Below are positions 26,314-39,149 of a stretch of DNA of 64,000 nucleotides, piece after piece. Made by a program: the position numbers and the translations under genes. How positions within the stretch are numbered: the stretch's first letter is position 1; each line of letters begins with the position of its first letter. The stretch is from Lama glama (Eukaryota), in the NCBI GenBank assembly GCA_028534125.1, contig CM052832.1, positions 9,054,001 to 9,118,000 on the forward strand. Reading direction: 5' to 3'. Below the pieces are notes generated by a model, which worked only from the letters and a program-made list of their open reading frames with translations, did not search any database and was not told where the DNA came from.

Positions 26314-26432
26314 GGGGAGTGGTAGAGCACATGTCTAGCATTCATGAGGTCCTGGGTTCGATCCCCAGTACCTTCAGTAAAAACAAATAAATAAAACTAA
26401 TTACCACCCCCCACCACCAAATAAAATAAAGT
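26314..26432 (+). mobile_element. tRNA-derived SINE, Vic-1-like, with degenerate TSD
   Basis: GTGGTAGAGCAC...GAGGTCCTGGGTTCGATCCCCAGTACC...CTAATTACC. Flanks are AAAAAGGGGCCTCACTTAAGG (26295-26315) and AAAAAGGGGATTCACTTGAGG (26433-26453). Confidence 0.8.
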
Positions 26433-26646
26433 AAAAAGGGGATTCACTTGAGGATGGTTAACTGCTATGAGCAGATCTAAATTCTATTAGGATAAGTGTG
26501 GCGGCTCAGGGGACACAGTGGTGGTGTTTTTATAAGTCTTCCCACTACCATCGTGAGCTCAAGGACAGGAACTCTGTGTCACACAGCTCTCCATTCCTAG
26601 CACCTGGCACACAAGTAGGCACTAAATACATGTTTGTTGATTGAAT

Positions 26647-27171
26647 ATGGTAACTAATCTTCAAGATAATTCCCAAAGAGCCTCATCTCTTGGCATTCTC
26701 GCCTTTGTGTATCCTCCTCCCATGCTGTACCAGGCTTGGTCTGTGTGACCAATAGAATAGGACAGAAGTGATTATCATTTCTGAGGTTAGGTTATAAAAG
26801 GCTGCAGCTTCCATTTTAGGGGCTCTTTTGGAACACTGGAGGGGAATTCAGATGCCTCGTCCTAAGGACACCCAACCTATGCAGAGACAGGGAGACCCAC
26901 AGAGCCAGGAAATGAGGTCTCCAGCCAACAGCCAGTGAGGAAAGGAGGCTTTCTCTGGGTCATGGAAGCAGATCACCCCCCCAGCCCACCCTTCACAGGA
27001 TTACAGCCCCAGGGCACAGCTGGACTACAATCTCATGAGAAACCCTGAGGCAGAAACATTCATGGAAGCTGTTCCTGGGTTCTGAACCCACAGAACTGCA
27101 TAATAATAAGCACTTGTTTTAAGCTGGTAAGTCTTGGAGTACTTTGTTACACAGCAAAAGACAACTAGTAC
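26647..27171 (+). mobile_element. MLT1F/H-like MaLR solo LTR
   Basis: GTGACCAATAGAATAGGACAGAAGTGAT...AGGTTAGGTTATAAAAG...CCAGCCAACAGCCAGTGAGG...TTTGTTACACAGCAAAAGACAACTAGTACA. Confidence 0.8.
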
Positions 27172-29728
27172 ACTGAATTATTCATGAAGTCTAGAAGAAC
27201 TGAACGAGAACACCAGTATCCTAGAGTTATCCAGTGTTTACTATCATTCTGTTTTTTCTCAAAGAATCCATCTTATCACACTTTCTGCCTGACTTGATTA
27301 GGGAGAGTCTCCCTACCCAACCTGGACCAACCGGATTCTCTCCTCTAGTATTAGTACTTGAGACACAGAAACTGGGTCAGCTGTGAGGAACAGACTGTGA
27401 GTCTGGAAAGACCAAGGGTCAAGGCCACCATTTTGGAGCAGTTATAATGGGGCCCATGCAAGTGTATTTCTAGTATTTGGGCTGGAAGATTCCTCTTCCT
27501 TATAATTATTTCCCATTTGACTTGCTTATCGATGTGTGAGTTCCCTGTCTTGCAACCAAAGATCCTCGAATGCACCTCCAGCCAGCCTCTCTCCAGTGCT
27601 GGCGGAGGAGCAGTTCCTCCTGCTGTGGCAGGTCGAGGATCTCTCCAGAGAAGAGGAACAACTCGCCAGAGCCAAAGCTGTATTACTTCTGCTATGTAAA
27701 AGCGGCTATAGATGGAGTAAAAAGTCCTTTCAGACCATTCAACTCCTTTTGCCTTAACTCCATTTTCACTGAATAATCCTTTGATTATTAATGTACTTCA
27801 ATTTAAAAAGCAGTCTTCTGGCCAGCTGACCTAATCATTCGAGTGGTTGGGTAGGTTCATGCCCATTATAAATTCACAGACTGGCTTTTGAATACAAATC
27901 ATTCTTGAATAACCTCCATTTCATTTCCACTGCCCTCGGTCAAGCCCTGTCATTTATCCAATAACCCGCTGTAGCAGCCTCCCCACGGCACTCGCCCAGC
28001 TCCAATCCATCCTCTTCAACTCCTCTTCCTAAACCACAAAGAATCCCATGCTGTACTCCCTGCTCTAAACCTCCGATGGTCCCAGTGTCTTCAGAAAGAC
28101 TATGGGCTCCTGCGGGTCTTCCACCTCACCCCTCGGCACTCATCGGCACTCATCTGAACTCCTTGCCAGAGGGCATTGCTCCAAGTTCCTCAAATGCAAC
28201 TGGTGCCCACCCGGCTCTGTTCCTCTTCCCATTGCTGGCATCCCTCTCCTCTGGGTACTGCCCCTGCCTGCTTACTTCCCCTCATTCCTCTCTGTCCTCC
28301 GCCTCCCTCGACCCTTTGTACTTCCACAGAACTTCCTCTCTCCTTTATGACACTCCCTGCAGTCAACTTGACTTATAGCTTATTGTCATCTTGTCTATCC
28401 CTGGATCGAGAGCCTCAAGGAGACCAGGACTGTGCTTTGTTCATGTCCATCCTCTCCTCACCCCAGGGCCAAATAAAGCATCCTGCATCAATACTTTAAC
28501 ATTTATTTAGTGTCTTCTGTACCCAGGCACCTTGCTGCTGTTGGAGGTAGCAGGCACTCAACAAATGGCCACTGAGTTGATGACAGTCAGTCAGGGTGGC
28601 ACGGACAAGTTTCCCCTGGGTCTAATGATGTTCAGGTGAGGTACCCACCTAGCCTCTGCACGTGCAGAGCTGACAGCAGCGCTGGACTCCTGGTGACACC
28701 CACAGTGCAGCAATGAATGAATGAATCTCAGCCTAACTTTTTTTTTTAATAAAAGCAAAGTGCAATTTCTCACATCCTGATGAACATGCTGCTCCCCTTT
28801 TCTTTTCTTTCCCCACTCTTTCTACAATTGCTATTATGACTCACAGGCACATGACAGAATGCAAGCTTTAGGTCAACAACTACTGGAGAATGGGAATGGG
28901 GTAGCCCCCCCACCCCTGCACAGTTATCTGGTTGATACGTTTTAGAAGAAGGGCATGTGGGTCAACCCACAAGTGACTTTACTGTAGTTCTTTCAAAAGA
29001 GTCAGCAGCATCTACATATGAAGGCAGAGGCAGAATCTGGTCCTGATTTGCTCACTGACAATCTCTGTCCTGTCCCCAACTCTTCTTGTGGGAATGCCTT
29101 GGTCCTGGGCAGACCTGAGACAGACAACCCAGAGTCCTAAAGACACACAGAGTTATGAACAGAGAACTTAACATAGTCATTCCTAAAGCAAAGGATCAAG
29201 AAGTACTGGAATTAATAAGCAAAAGACAAACAAAAAAAAATATACCCATTGCATATGTTTTCTCCTCTTTTTAAATAAAAATGAAGATGTCTATGCACTA
29301 AATTTCCATCTTGCAGAGGCTATGTACTAAATGAATACTGCTTCAAATCAATGCTTACAAATCAAGGCCACAGGTTCTAAAAAGGCGGCAAAGCGTACTG
29401 CCCAGACCCCGGACAGCCTCCAGCACTACCTACACGGCAGCAGGACCCACCAGCCTGGAGAATGCGGGGACACCCTCAGCGGCTTTGGCCTTCTGGGGAA
29501 TCGCACCTTTGTGAAGAGCCTATCTTTCTTGGTATATCTTCCCATCCCAAGTTCCACTCATTCTTCGGACAAACTTTTTATTACTTTAAGAGAGTTAAGC
29601 TCTTAAGACAAAGAGTAGAGAAAACAGCATGCTATGTTGAAATGTTGATGGTGGCCAGGGGCGCAGCTTGCTCACAAGCTAAATCACTGTCCCTGTCTAC
29701 AGGTCTCCTAAGATGTGCTGGGATTTGT

Positions 29729-30204
29729 ACAGCCTATAATGAAAAAGAGTATGAAAAGGAATATATATATGTACAACTGAATCACTGTGCTGTACACCAG
29801 AAATCAACACAACACTGTAAACTTAATATACTTCAATTAAATATATATATAAAGAAATACCAGTGTTATCCTGATAAATTGGCAAAAACTGAAAAGTGTT
29901 GGTTAAAGTGAGAAAAAACCAATATTCTGATATACCATGTGAGGAAGTGTAAGTCAGAATAGCTTGTGGGGGAATGCCAATTTGCCATTGTCTATTAAAT
30001 TTTACACTGGGCATATTACTTCTCAGGTGAGCAAATCTATTTCTTGTTGTCTAGTCTAGCAAACCCCTACACGTTTCACAGGAAATATGTTCAGGGTTAT
30101 CAATTACAGCCCTGCTTATAATAGTAAAGTCATTGGAAACATCATAAATGTCTATCCATTAAATGATTAAATGTAAAAAAAAAAAGAAGAAAAAAGGGGA
30201 AAAA
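29729..30204 (+). mobile_element. 5'-truncated L1 insertion with probable 3' transduction
   Basis: Flanked by the perfect direct repeat AAGATGTGCTGGGATTTGT (29710-29728 and 30205-30223). See findings. Confidence 0.8.
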
Positions 30205-30594
30205 AAGATGTGCTGGGATTTGTGCCCCTGCAAATTTCGACATGTCCTAGACCACTGGGTCCCTTCCAGAGAGCAGACCTCACATGGTCAGGGCCGCACG
30301 GGCCTTACACTGTACCTCCCACCACACACTCACATTCCTGAACTTTATGTGCCACTGTGCCCTCGTCCAAAGTGGCATCTTTCACTTTCTATAAGCAAAC
30401 TTCCATTATCTTTATAAACAGAAGGAGGTGAAAGCAGCTGCAGCACAAACTGGTTCCCATTTGACAAGACAGTCCCAGGAACTGGCCTGGTGGCCGTATT
30501 TCCCGTTGCTATTGTATCTCAAGGACACAAAAGAGTCCCTTTATCCACATCACCAAGCACATCTGAGCACCGTATGTGCAAGCGTCATTCACCA

Positions 30595-30838
30595 AACCAT
30601 TTTTACCAAACTTCTGTGACCATAACCTATAAAAAGAAATACATTTTATCCTGCAAGTCATGTATATGTATACGTAAAATATATACATATAATATAAATT
30701 TGTTCATGTAATACAGTGCATCTGAGATTTTCTATTCTATTTTATTCCTTTTGTCATTAAAAACAAAATGTAGTCCTCGATCCACTAAGTGGACTTCATA
30801 ACCTTATTGTGTGGAAACCTGCGGTTTGAAAATAGTCA
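30595..30838 (-). mobile_element. Charlie4-like hAT MITE
   Basis: AAGAAATACATTTTAT...ATTTTCTATTCTATTTTATT...CCACTAAGTGGACTTCATAACC...CCTGCGGTTTGAAAATA, antisense to the 26.0 kb copy. Confidence 0.6.
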
Positions 30839-32159
30839 TTTGTAATATTTCACAGAATAGTGAAATAGTGAAATAGTGTCTTGTAGAAAATAATGAAATC
30901 CTATCTAAGGAAGAAAACCTTTAAACTTCTAGGCAGAAGAGTTGAAGAGGAATAAATGTTTTGCTTCTTCTTTAACTTTCAATTGCCAGGACACTTGAAA
31001 AGCATCTGATCTCAATAAATGAGCATTTCTACAAAAGCCTTTAAACTATCTCAAAACCTTGTGGTTCACTATTCCCCTTACACTGAAGAAGAAAAACCCT
31101 GAGGTTGCAAAGGTATACTCCCCTATCTGTATTAAAAATTCACCTCTGTTTGGGAATCAAAATAGGCTGTGTCTTTTAAAGAATCTTAAAATTGTTATGC
31201 CTTCAAATTATTACCCTCCTGGCAAGGTTACCACGAAGATTTAATGAGATAATAGAAGGGAAGTGCCAGGTTCTTGGATTATCTTTTCCTGCCTGTGCCT
31301 GAACTCTGTGTGCCCTGGGGGCTCACTCTCCTGCTCTTCAGGGCAACACAGGACAGCCGGTTCCTCAAGTTGCTTCCTGGTTCCATGGATAAGAATAAAT
31401 ATCATTACAAACTAGGATTCTAGAGTGCCTGAGCTGAGTATTTCATTTATTCCTCTGACAGATAATTATTGTGAGCCTTCGCTGCCAGGCACAATGCGCT
31501 ATGCAGGGGCGATGGGGGGCGAAAAATAGTAGACTCACCACAAGCCCTAGTGTAGCCACAGTCAAGTAAGAGCTTAAAGTCTGTGAAAATACTATGCATT
31601 CCATGAACGTTACACAGCATGCCTCTGTTCTCTGTAAAGTGAGGTAAGATTGGATCAGCATTTCTCAAAACTGACTATCTCGAAAAGGCTTTCACAAAAG
31701 AAACTAAAAAAAAAAAAAACAGGAAGAAACAAGGAAAAAGAATATGAACTCACAATATAATTCTTTAAACAGAATGAATAGTCATTTAAAAAAAATCATT
31801 ACATATCCTTATTCTTTCCTTTTACTATAAGCCAGTTTTTGTCCTGGAATTTAAGAATCCCTCAGGGCTCACGCAGCTCTGACTTTCTAATAATGTTTGG
31901 TTTTCCTTTGCAGCACTATTTACATGTAAATTCTGCCCAAATATCCCCCAGAATTGCAGAAAGCCAGAGACCTGTTCCTAGGACAATCAGTAAAAGGTCC
32001 TTTCTGAGAAAGTCATAGCACACCCAGCAAATTATGGTTCCACCTCTTACCCCGAGGGCTGGGCAGTGCACAGGGACAAAGGTCCCAGGGCTGGAAGCAG
32101 AAAGGCACAAAAGTTGAGGGTCTCCTTCAGGTCTGGCCCAGTACATGGTTCTTTCCCAC

Positions 32160-32310
32160 ATGTTACTTTATTTAACATCACAAGCATCCCAAGGGAAATA
32201 ATCTTTTTCTTTATCCCCACTTTTCAGTTGGAGGAAACTGAGCTCAGAGAGGTTAAGTATCGTGCCCAACATCACACAGCTAGTAATCAGAATTTAAACT
32301 CAGATCTGTC
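32160..32310 (-). mobile_element. MIR SINE
   Basis: TTTCAGTTGGAGGAAACTGAGCTCAGAGAGGTTAAGT. Confidence 0.8.
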
Positions 32311-32449
32311 TACTTATTGCCACCACCACACTGTGCTGCCAGGAGGAGGCATCAGAGAAAGAACAGACAGAACAGACACAGAAAGGCTTTAAGAGATTTA
32401 TGTGCCTTTTGACATGAAAGGAATTTGAAACTACGTTCAAAAGACAATT

Positions 32450-33150
32450 CACACTGTCAGTAAGAATGTAAATTGGTGCAGTCACTGAAAAACAGTATGG
32501 AGGTGCCTCAAAACTAAAAATAGAACTTCCATAGAATGACCCAGCAATCCCACTCCTGGGTATAGATCTGGAAAAAGCAAAATATTAATTTGAAAAGATA
32601 CATGCACTCAAATGATGTTCATAGCAGCATTTTTACCATAGCCAAGATATGGAAGCAACCTAAGTGTCAATCAACAGATGAATGGATAAAGAAGATGTAA
32701 TGCACACGCACACACACACACACACATCTGCAAGCAACTGAATACTACCCAGCCATTAAAAAGAATGAAATTTTGCCATTTGCAACATGGATGAACTCGG
32801 AGGGTTTTATGCTTAGTAAAATAAGTCAGACAGAGAAAGACAAATACCGTATGATATCACTTAAATGTGGAATCTAAAAAATAAAACAAACTAGTGAATA
32901 TAGCAAAACAGAAACAGAATAACAGATACAGAGAACAAACTAGTGGTTACCAGTGGGAAGAGGTAAGCGGGGAGGGGCAAGACAGGGATAGGGGATTAAG
33001 AGGCACGAACTACTATGTATAAAATAAATAAGCTACAGGGATATATTACACAGCACAGGGAATATAGCCCATATTTTATAATAACTATAAATGGAGTATA
33101 ACCTTTAAAAACTGTGAATTACTATGTTGCACGCTGGAAATTCATACAAT
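32450..33150 (+). mobile_element. L1 3' end (late ORF2 plus 3' UTR), L1MA9/artiodactyl type
   Basis: GACCCAGCAATCCCACTCCTGGG, GGAAGCAACCTAAGTGTC, CAGAGAAAGACAAATAC, AGCACAGGGAATATAG. Confidence 0.9.
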
Positions 33151-33759
33151 ATTTATCTTGGAGCCAGCAGCTGATGCACCTTGTTAACTTGGCCTCTTTC
33201 CTGATCAGCTCAACAAATATCCTCCTCCTGCGCCTGGACTCCTTCCATCCCTTACCTAGAAATGAGGACAGTAAGCCCCCGGACTCACTTGTAGGAGAGG
33301 TCTTGCTTCCAGCCCAACTCTTCACCCATTAATCTACTGAACAAGCCTTTATTAACGTGTACCAGGTGCTATGCTAGGCATACGGTGTGGAATAAAACAC
33401 ATCCCCGGTTAGAGAAGCCCAAACTGCAGACTAGATGGCTGCACATATACAGTCAGGATACTGACTTCACAAGCTGATAAACACTCACCCAGAGCCAATG
33501 GATGGAAGAATCCAGATAGGTTTCCTGGAGGAAGAGATGTGTAAAACAGGTCTTATTTGAGACAAGTGCCCTGTCATGTGGAGAAGAAAAAACAGGATTG
33601 CGGGCAGCAGAACAAGGGAGTAAGCAGCAGGTCCCACGTGGACCCACCAGCTCTCTCCAAACCTGCTCATCTTGCACCAAGTTCACTACAGACCTGGCTC
33701 CCCGAGCTGGAACCTTCCACAACTCTTTGCCCTCCTGTATCCCTTACTTCCGGTGAATC

Positions 33760-34505
33760 ACGGAGTCCTGTCTAGTCTCCTTCTACAACTCTCAGCCGTG
33801 GCCCCTTCCTCTCTCTCCTCACTGCCATCCCCACAGCCCAGCACCACCATTTGTCCTTGGCTTCTGCAACAGCCTCCAAACTGACATCAGTTCACTTCTG
33901 CTCCACGTGAATCCATTCTGCACAGAGCATCTAGATTGAGCCTTTGTTAAAGGGGGAAAAAAAGGAGTAGGTGGGTGGGAGTCATCTGATGCTGTCATTA
34001 TCCTGCTTAAATCCTGCACTAGCTCCCGGTGCCTTCACAATTAGGACAAAACTTCCTAACAGGACTTACAAGACCCTCGGTGGTCTGGCCTCTACTCACC
34101 TCCCTAACTTCTTCTCTGATTGTCAGTTCATCTAATGCGGTGGCTGCCAACCCTGGTTGCCCAGTACAACCACCTGGGGAGTTTAAAAAAACACCAGTGT
34201 CGTGCCCACTCCCTGGCATTCTGACTGAATTCCTCGAGGCAAGGCCCTGGGCGTCAGGAGGCCGCAAAGCTCCCCACGTGACACTAACGCGCAGTCCCCG
34301 CTGGGGACGTTGCTCTAACACATCTAACAGGCTTGCCACACGCACCCTGTCTCTGTGGCTAGAGGCACTGGAGCTCTCTTGGCTTGAGGCCAGGGACTTC
34401 TGGTCTGTTTTGTTCACTGCAGTATTTCCAACATCTAGAAGAGTGGTTGGAACACAGTTGGTGCTCTGTGAATATTAATAGAAAGAAATAAATGAATGAG
34501 TGACT
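33760..34505 (+). mobile_element. L2 fragment with a nested MER5-like MITE (about 34138-34315)
   Basis: L2-like tract ending in AATGAATGA. Insert reads CCACCTGGGGAGTTTAAAAAA...ATTCTGACTGAATT...AAGCTCCCCACGTGA. Confidence 0.65.
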
Positions 34506-35319
34506 CTGCTTTCTCCCTTCACCTGGTTAGATATCACTCGTTCTTTAAGATCCAGCTTAGATTTCCTGAAAGACGCTCCCTCCCCTGATTCTCCTATTCT
34601 GGGTTAGGTGATCCTGTGTGTGCTCAGCACCCAAGATTTCTCCCTTTACAGTACACATCACACCACCTTGTAGTCGTCTGCATCCGCACGGAGCCTGGAA
34701 GCTCTGAGGGAGCCCTGTGGATGTGTTCGTCAGGATAGTACCTCCATCTCCTAGCAAAGTGCCCAGCAGAGTCAGTGCTGATTTAATGAGTGCAGCACAA
34801 ATACACGGAAGTGAGTGAGCATGAGTGTGGATGTAACAGCAGAGTATGGGGTGGCTGGAGTGAAGGCGACGGTGAGGCATGCTGGGCACAGGTGGTGAAG
34901 GGCCTGGCATCCACACCAAAGACTATGAACAGTAACAGATGATAGGGAGCTGGCAGAACTTTTAGGTAAAGTGACACAGTCAGCTTGAATTTTAGGGCAA
35001 TAAGTGGCTGAGGCACGGAGGACTGGAGAGCTCAGGGAAGCACAGGGGGAGGGGGCCAGATGGGGGTCTAGAGCAAGAGCCCAAGGAGGAGATGAGGAAG
35101 GGGGCTAAGGCCTGAAGAGAGAGAGCCAGCCGAGACAGAGAGAGAGGGAGAGCGAGGGAGGGAGGGAGAGAGACAATGAATTAACGGTATTTGTAAATGC
35201 CTGGGTGGACCAGTGAGGGTGAACGAGTCTCTGTGGATGACTCTGATTCCCTGCTTGGAAGACTCCAGATGTGGTTCGCAAGGGTGATCAGATGCAGTAT
35301 CATGATCAGACAGGTTGGA

Positions 35320-35550
35320 CTCAGGAACCTGACTGCCTCCATTCACATCTCAGCTCAACCACTCACTAGATCTCGGTCCTGAGGAAGTCACCTTCACCTC
35401 TTCTGTTCTTCCTCTGTTCAATGGGGATGACAAGTAGTGCGTGCAAACAGCACAGGGATGTCGTGAAGGCTGAATGAAGTAATACGTGGAATACGTGGAG
35501 ATGCTCAGCCACTGCCAGGCACAAAAGGGCACGTGGTAAATCCCATAGAA
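35320..35550 (+). mobile_element. MIR SINE
   Basis: AAGTCACCTTCACCTCTTCTG...CTCTGTTCAATGGGGATGA...GTGAAGGCTGAATGA. Confidence 0.6.
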
Positions 35551-35577
35551 GAGTTAGCGAAACCATTTATCTACAGC

Positions 35578-35815
35578 ATGGTGGGTTATCAGCATAGAGG
35601 GCTGCCCATAGTTCCTTCCATCCCTCTGAGCCTGTGCTCCACCCACTGAGAGGTGGAGTCTTGAATCTGGGAGGTCCCTGTGATTTGCTTTCACCAAACA
35701 AATGCACTAGAAGTGAGACTGTACCAATTCTGGCCCAAGACTTAAGAGGCCTGGTGGCATCTACTTTTGCCCCTTTGGACGCCAGCCACCATGCAAAGCT
35801 GGAGCGTGATTACTG
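35578..35815 (+). mobile_element. MLT1-like LTR fragment
   Basis: GAGAGGTGGAGTCTTGAATCTGGG...TGATTTGCTTTCACCAA...AGAAGTGA...CTTAAGAGGCCTGG. Confidence 0.6.
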
Positions 35816-37269
35816 AAAGCTTAATTTAGGGGGTCTTGACAAGCATTTTGAAATGCAATAAAAAAGAACAGAAAATAGCATCACTGTACAGCGTAAGAGA
35901 ATTTTCTGTTTCTTAAAGCTTCTGTTTAAATTACAATGCTTCTGTTACTATAAGTTGAGGTCAAAAGGTTTGTGTATGTTAGAAAACTTTCATAATAAGA
36001 AGTTAAGACAACACTACTGCCATAGGGGACGCGTCCTTCTCTCCATCTACTGCAAACCCTCCCACCTGTGTTTTGGTTCCCATCCCCTCTAGCCATGCCA
36101 GGACCATAATATTATGGACCTTCTGTCTTCTTTCTCTGTAAAAAAAACTTCCCCGGCCACCACACCATCCCCCCATTTATTCCTCCTTTCCTCCTTCACT
36201 GTCAAACTTCTCCAGTTACCTGGGTTCGGCATCAGCCCCATCCAGGGCTCTCACCTCTCCGTCTCACCCCCGACGTCTTGCCTCCTGCCCACAGCGCTCC
36301 TTGGACACAGCTCTCCATGAGGTCACCAGGGACTCCATGAACCCACACATCCAGAAGACACTTTTCAGTGTACCCTCACCCCTCCTTGTTCACTCCTGCT
36401 CATTCTTCCAGCCTGGGCTCAACCCCCGCAGGATCCTTCACTACCTCCCAACAAGGTTGAACCTCCCACTAAGGGCACTCCCTGTCCCTCTGTCCTTCCT
36501 AACAGTTGTCAATTGTCACTGTTACAACTTTACATGTTTGTGTAATTATTTGCCCAGATGAGGCCTCCTCAAGGAGGAAAGGGACTCTGCCAATCTTTTT
36601 GCACCCTGGCAGCTGGAGAGCCTTCCTGGCTCAGTGCTGGGCACGGTGCTTAATAAACTGATGTTACAGAAATAATCAGCACCAGCCCCTGGATTAGGCA
36701 TCAGGTGTATCATGATGGAAAAAGCCTCAGCAAGTGAAGCGTGTGGAAGGGGAAAAGAAAGCCAGGGGCAGAGGTGGAAGGAAAGGGCTGCTCCCATGCT
36801 GGTCCCCAGACCAATCTGGAGCCTTTTCAAGCACAACACATGCCATCATGGCTGGCATCTTTCACTGTCTTTGTGTCAGAAAAGTCAGTGACCCAGGTAG
36901 GCAAATCTGCCTAGTATTTCATATTTGACATGCAGAACTCTTAAAGAATCCTTTACATTCACTACATGTTCAATATCTGCTGAAAGATGAATAAGTGACA
37001 GACACCTCCTTCTGACATCAAGCTACTAGAACACAGGGCCTGGATCTGTTTGATTTGCAGAGGTGTGGCCGGCACATCCTACCTGCACAGGGTCCCTGCT
37101 AAACTCTGCAGGACACAAAAAGCCTGATTCTTTGCTGTCCAAGCACAGCCAAAGACTGTTTAATTGTGCTTAACATGCTTACACTACTTGGTTACTGATT
37201 TCCTGTGGCATATCATCACTACACAGACATTCACCTTATGATGTTAAAAGATCAAATAAATATGACAAG

Positions 37270-37810
37270 CATTTAAAATCACAAACATAGTGTGGAGATA
37301 CAACCAGCAAAAATCTAGATTAAACAAATGATCAGTTTTTTTTGACAAACAACTGGGGAGGGGAGAGGATTCTAAAGTGATTAAAAGTAATCTAAGAGAC
37401 ACAGGCACACAGTACAGAACATGTTTGGATCCTTATTCAAATAAAATAACTTAAAAAGAAAGAAGAAAAAAAGAAAGGAAATTATGGAATAATTGAATGT
37501 GAAATGTGAATACAGCCTGGAACTCAGATGATAATGAAATAATCACCACATTTTTGGAGTGGGGTAATGGTATTGTGGTTATGTTTTAAAAAGAGAGTCC
37601 TAATCTTTTTAAGATACACATCGAAATGTTTATAGATTGTAAAATATGAAATAATATAAGGTTTGGGATTTGCTGTCAAATAATCAGAGTGAGGTAGGGG
37701 GGAAAGTGGACAGGGTTTTAGAAGAAACAAGACTGCCCGTTAGGAGTTGTTGATGTTGGGTGATGGGTACATGGAACACTCTTCTCTCCACTTGGAAATT
37801 TTCAAAAAGT
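37270..37810 (+). mobile_element. Old L1 (L1MD/ME-like) 3' UTR fragment
   Basis: TAATGGTATTGTGGTTATGTTT...GGGATTTGCTGTCAAATAAT...TGGGTGATGGGTACATGG. Confidence 0.7.
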
Positions 37811-39149
37811 CAAAAAGTAAATCAAACTAACAAACAGAATCATTACACTATCGAAATTTTTGTTAAATAATCTTTAAAAGTCTCTGGCACCTTAGAATTC
37901 TTTCACTTTTCAAGATGTCTATAAGACAGCAGTCCTTCGGGTCACAAGCTCTTTAAAGTATTTCTGAAAGCAGGATTCAGAACTCATGGGCTGCCTGCCT
38001 TTTGGCACACTTCTGCTGTATGCATACCCCTTCTCCTTCCATCAGAGCAGGCACTTTCCTCTGAGAAGCTGGGATCCATTTCAAGGATGCACACTGAATT
38101 GACTGCCCTCAAATGGCAGATAGAAGTTGCAAATACAGCCTGGCAATGCCTTCCTACAGCTTTAGAAACAGCTTTTAAACCATGTCTTGACCACCTACCT
38201 TGGCTTACAGTCGCGCTGGGGTCTGTCAAGAACTGTCAAGCCAATGCTTCATGATGACCACACTGCTGACCCCTGTCCATTCCTACTGGGGCTTCACATT
38301 AGTTTTCGAAAGTGCCTCCCACACAATGGGTGGGCAGGGTGACCTGTCCATTCTTGTCCTTTGCTGCCTCTTTCTCATAAAAGTTTGAACTAGTCAACTT
38401 AAAATATTCAGAAACTTCCAAAGTCTACTGGACTCTATGCCAAAACCTCCTGTTGGGCAGGAATGAAGTTGAAAGGGTTTAACGACCTTTCATTTCACTT
38501 CTGATACAGACAACACTGTCCCCTACCCACAGATCACTATGGCTAATACAAAAATGTTGCCTCACTCCAGCTGCAACTCCCAAGTCCACTAAACCTTATT
38601 TGGCTACAAACTTTATTAATTTGAGCGAGACAGATTGAACTGATGAAAAATTGAAGGGCGGGAGGTCAGGTTTTTCCCCTAGCAAAAAATAAATCTCCTC
38701 AAAACCTTCATAAAATAAAGCAGCCACTGCATTACCCGATACGACTCAGACGAGATAACCAGTTATATATTGCATTCACCAGCCTCGAAGAAATCATACC
38801 TCACAAGAAACCAAAAGCCTCCGTCTATCTTGCCCATGAAACAAAGTGAACGAAAGAAAACTTAGAATATATTCAAGCGTAAGCACTGGTTTTTTCAGCA
38901 CCTCCGTTTCCGTCGGGTGCAGGTTCACACACACAAACGCACAATACCCCCCAGCCCCGCGTGGAATTTGCCAGTGTGACCTGTGCTGACTTTGCAGCGG
39001 AGAAATACGGGAATTCATGTTTGGTTTTGGTTTTGGTTTTAAATGGGAAGCAAAGGAGGGAGGTGGGGAGTGAAAAATTGGAGATGAGTCTTAATTCTCT
39101 CGTTTCCTCCAATCTTTCTCTCCATCAAAACGTGAAATGTCAAGTGACA

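Noticed and set aside
33114..34478. Cluster of 60-149 aa ORFs
   Set aside because: Largely overlaps L1, L2 and MER5 remnants, with no recognisable homology or consistent splice structure.
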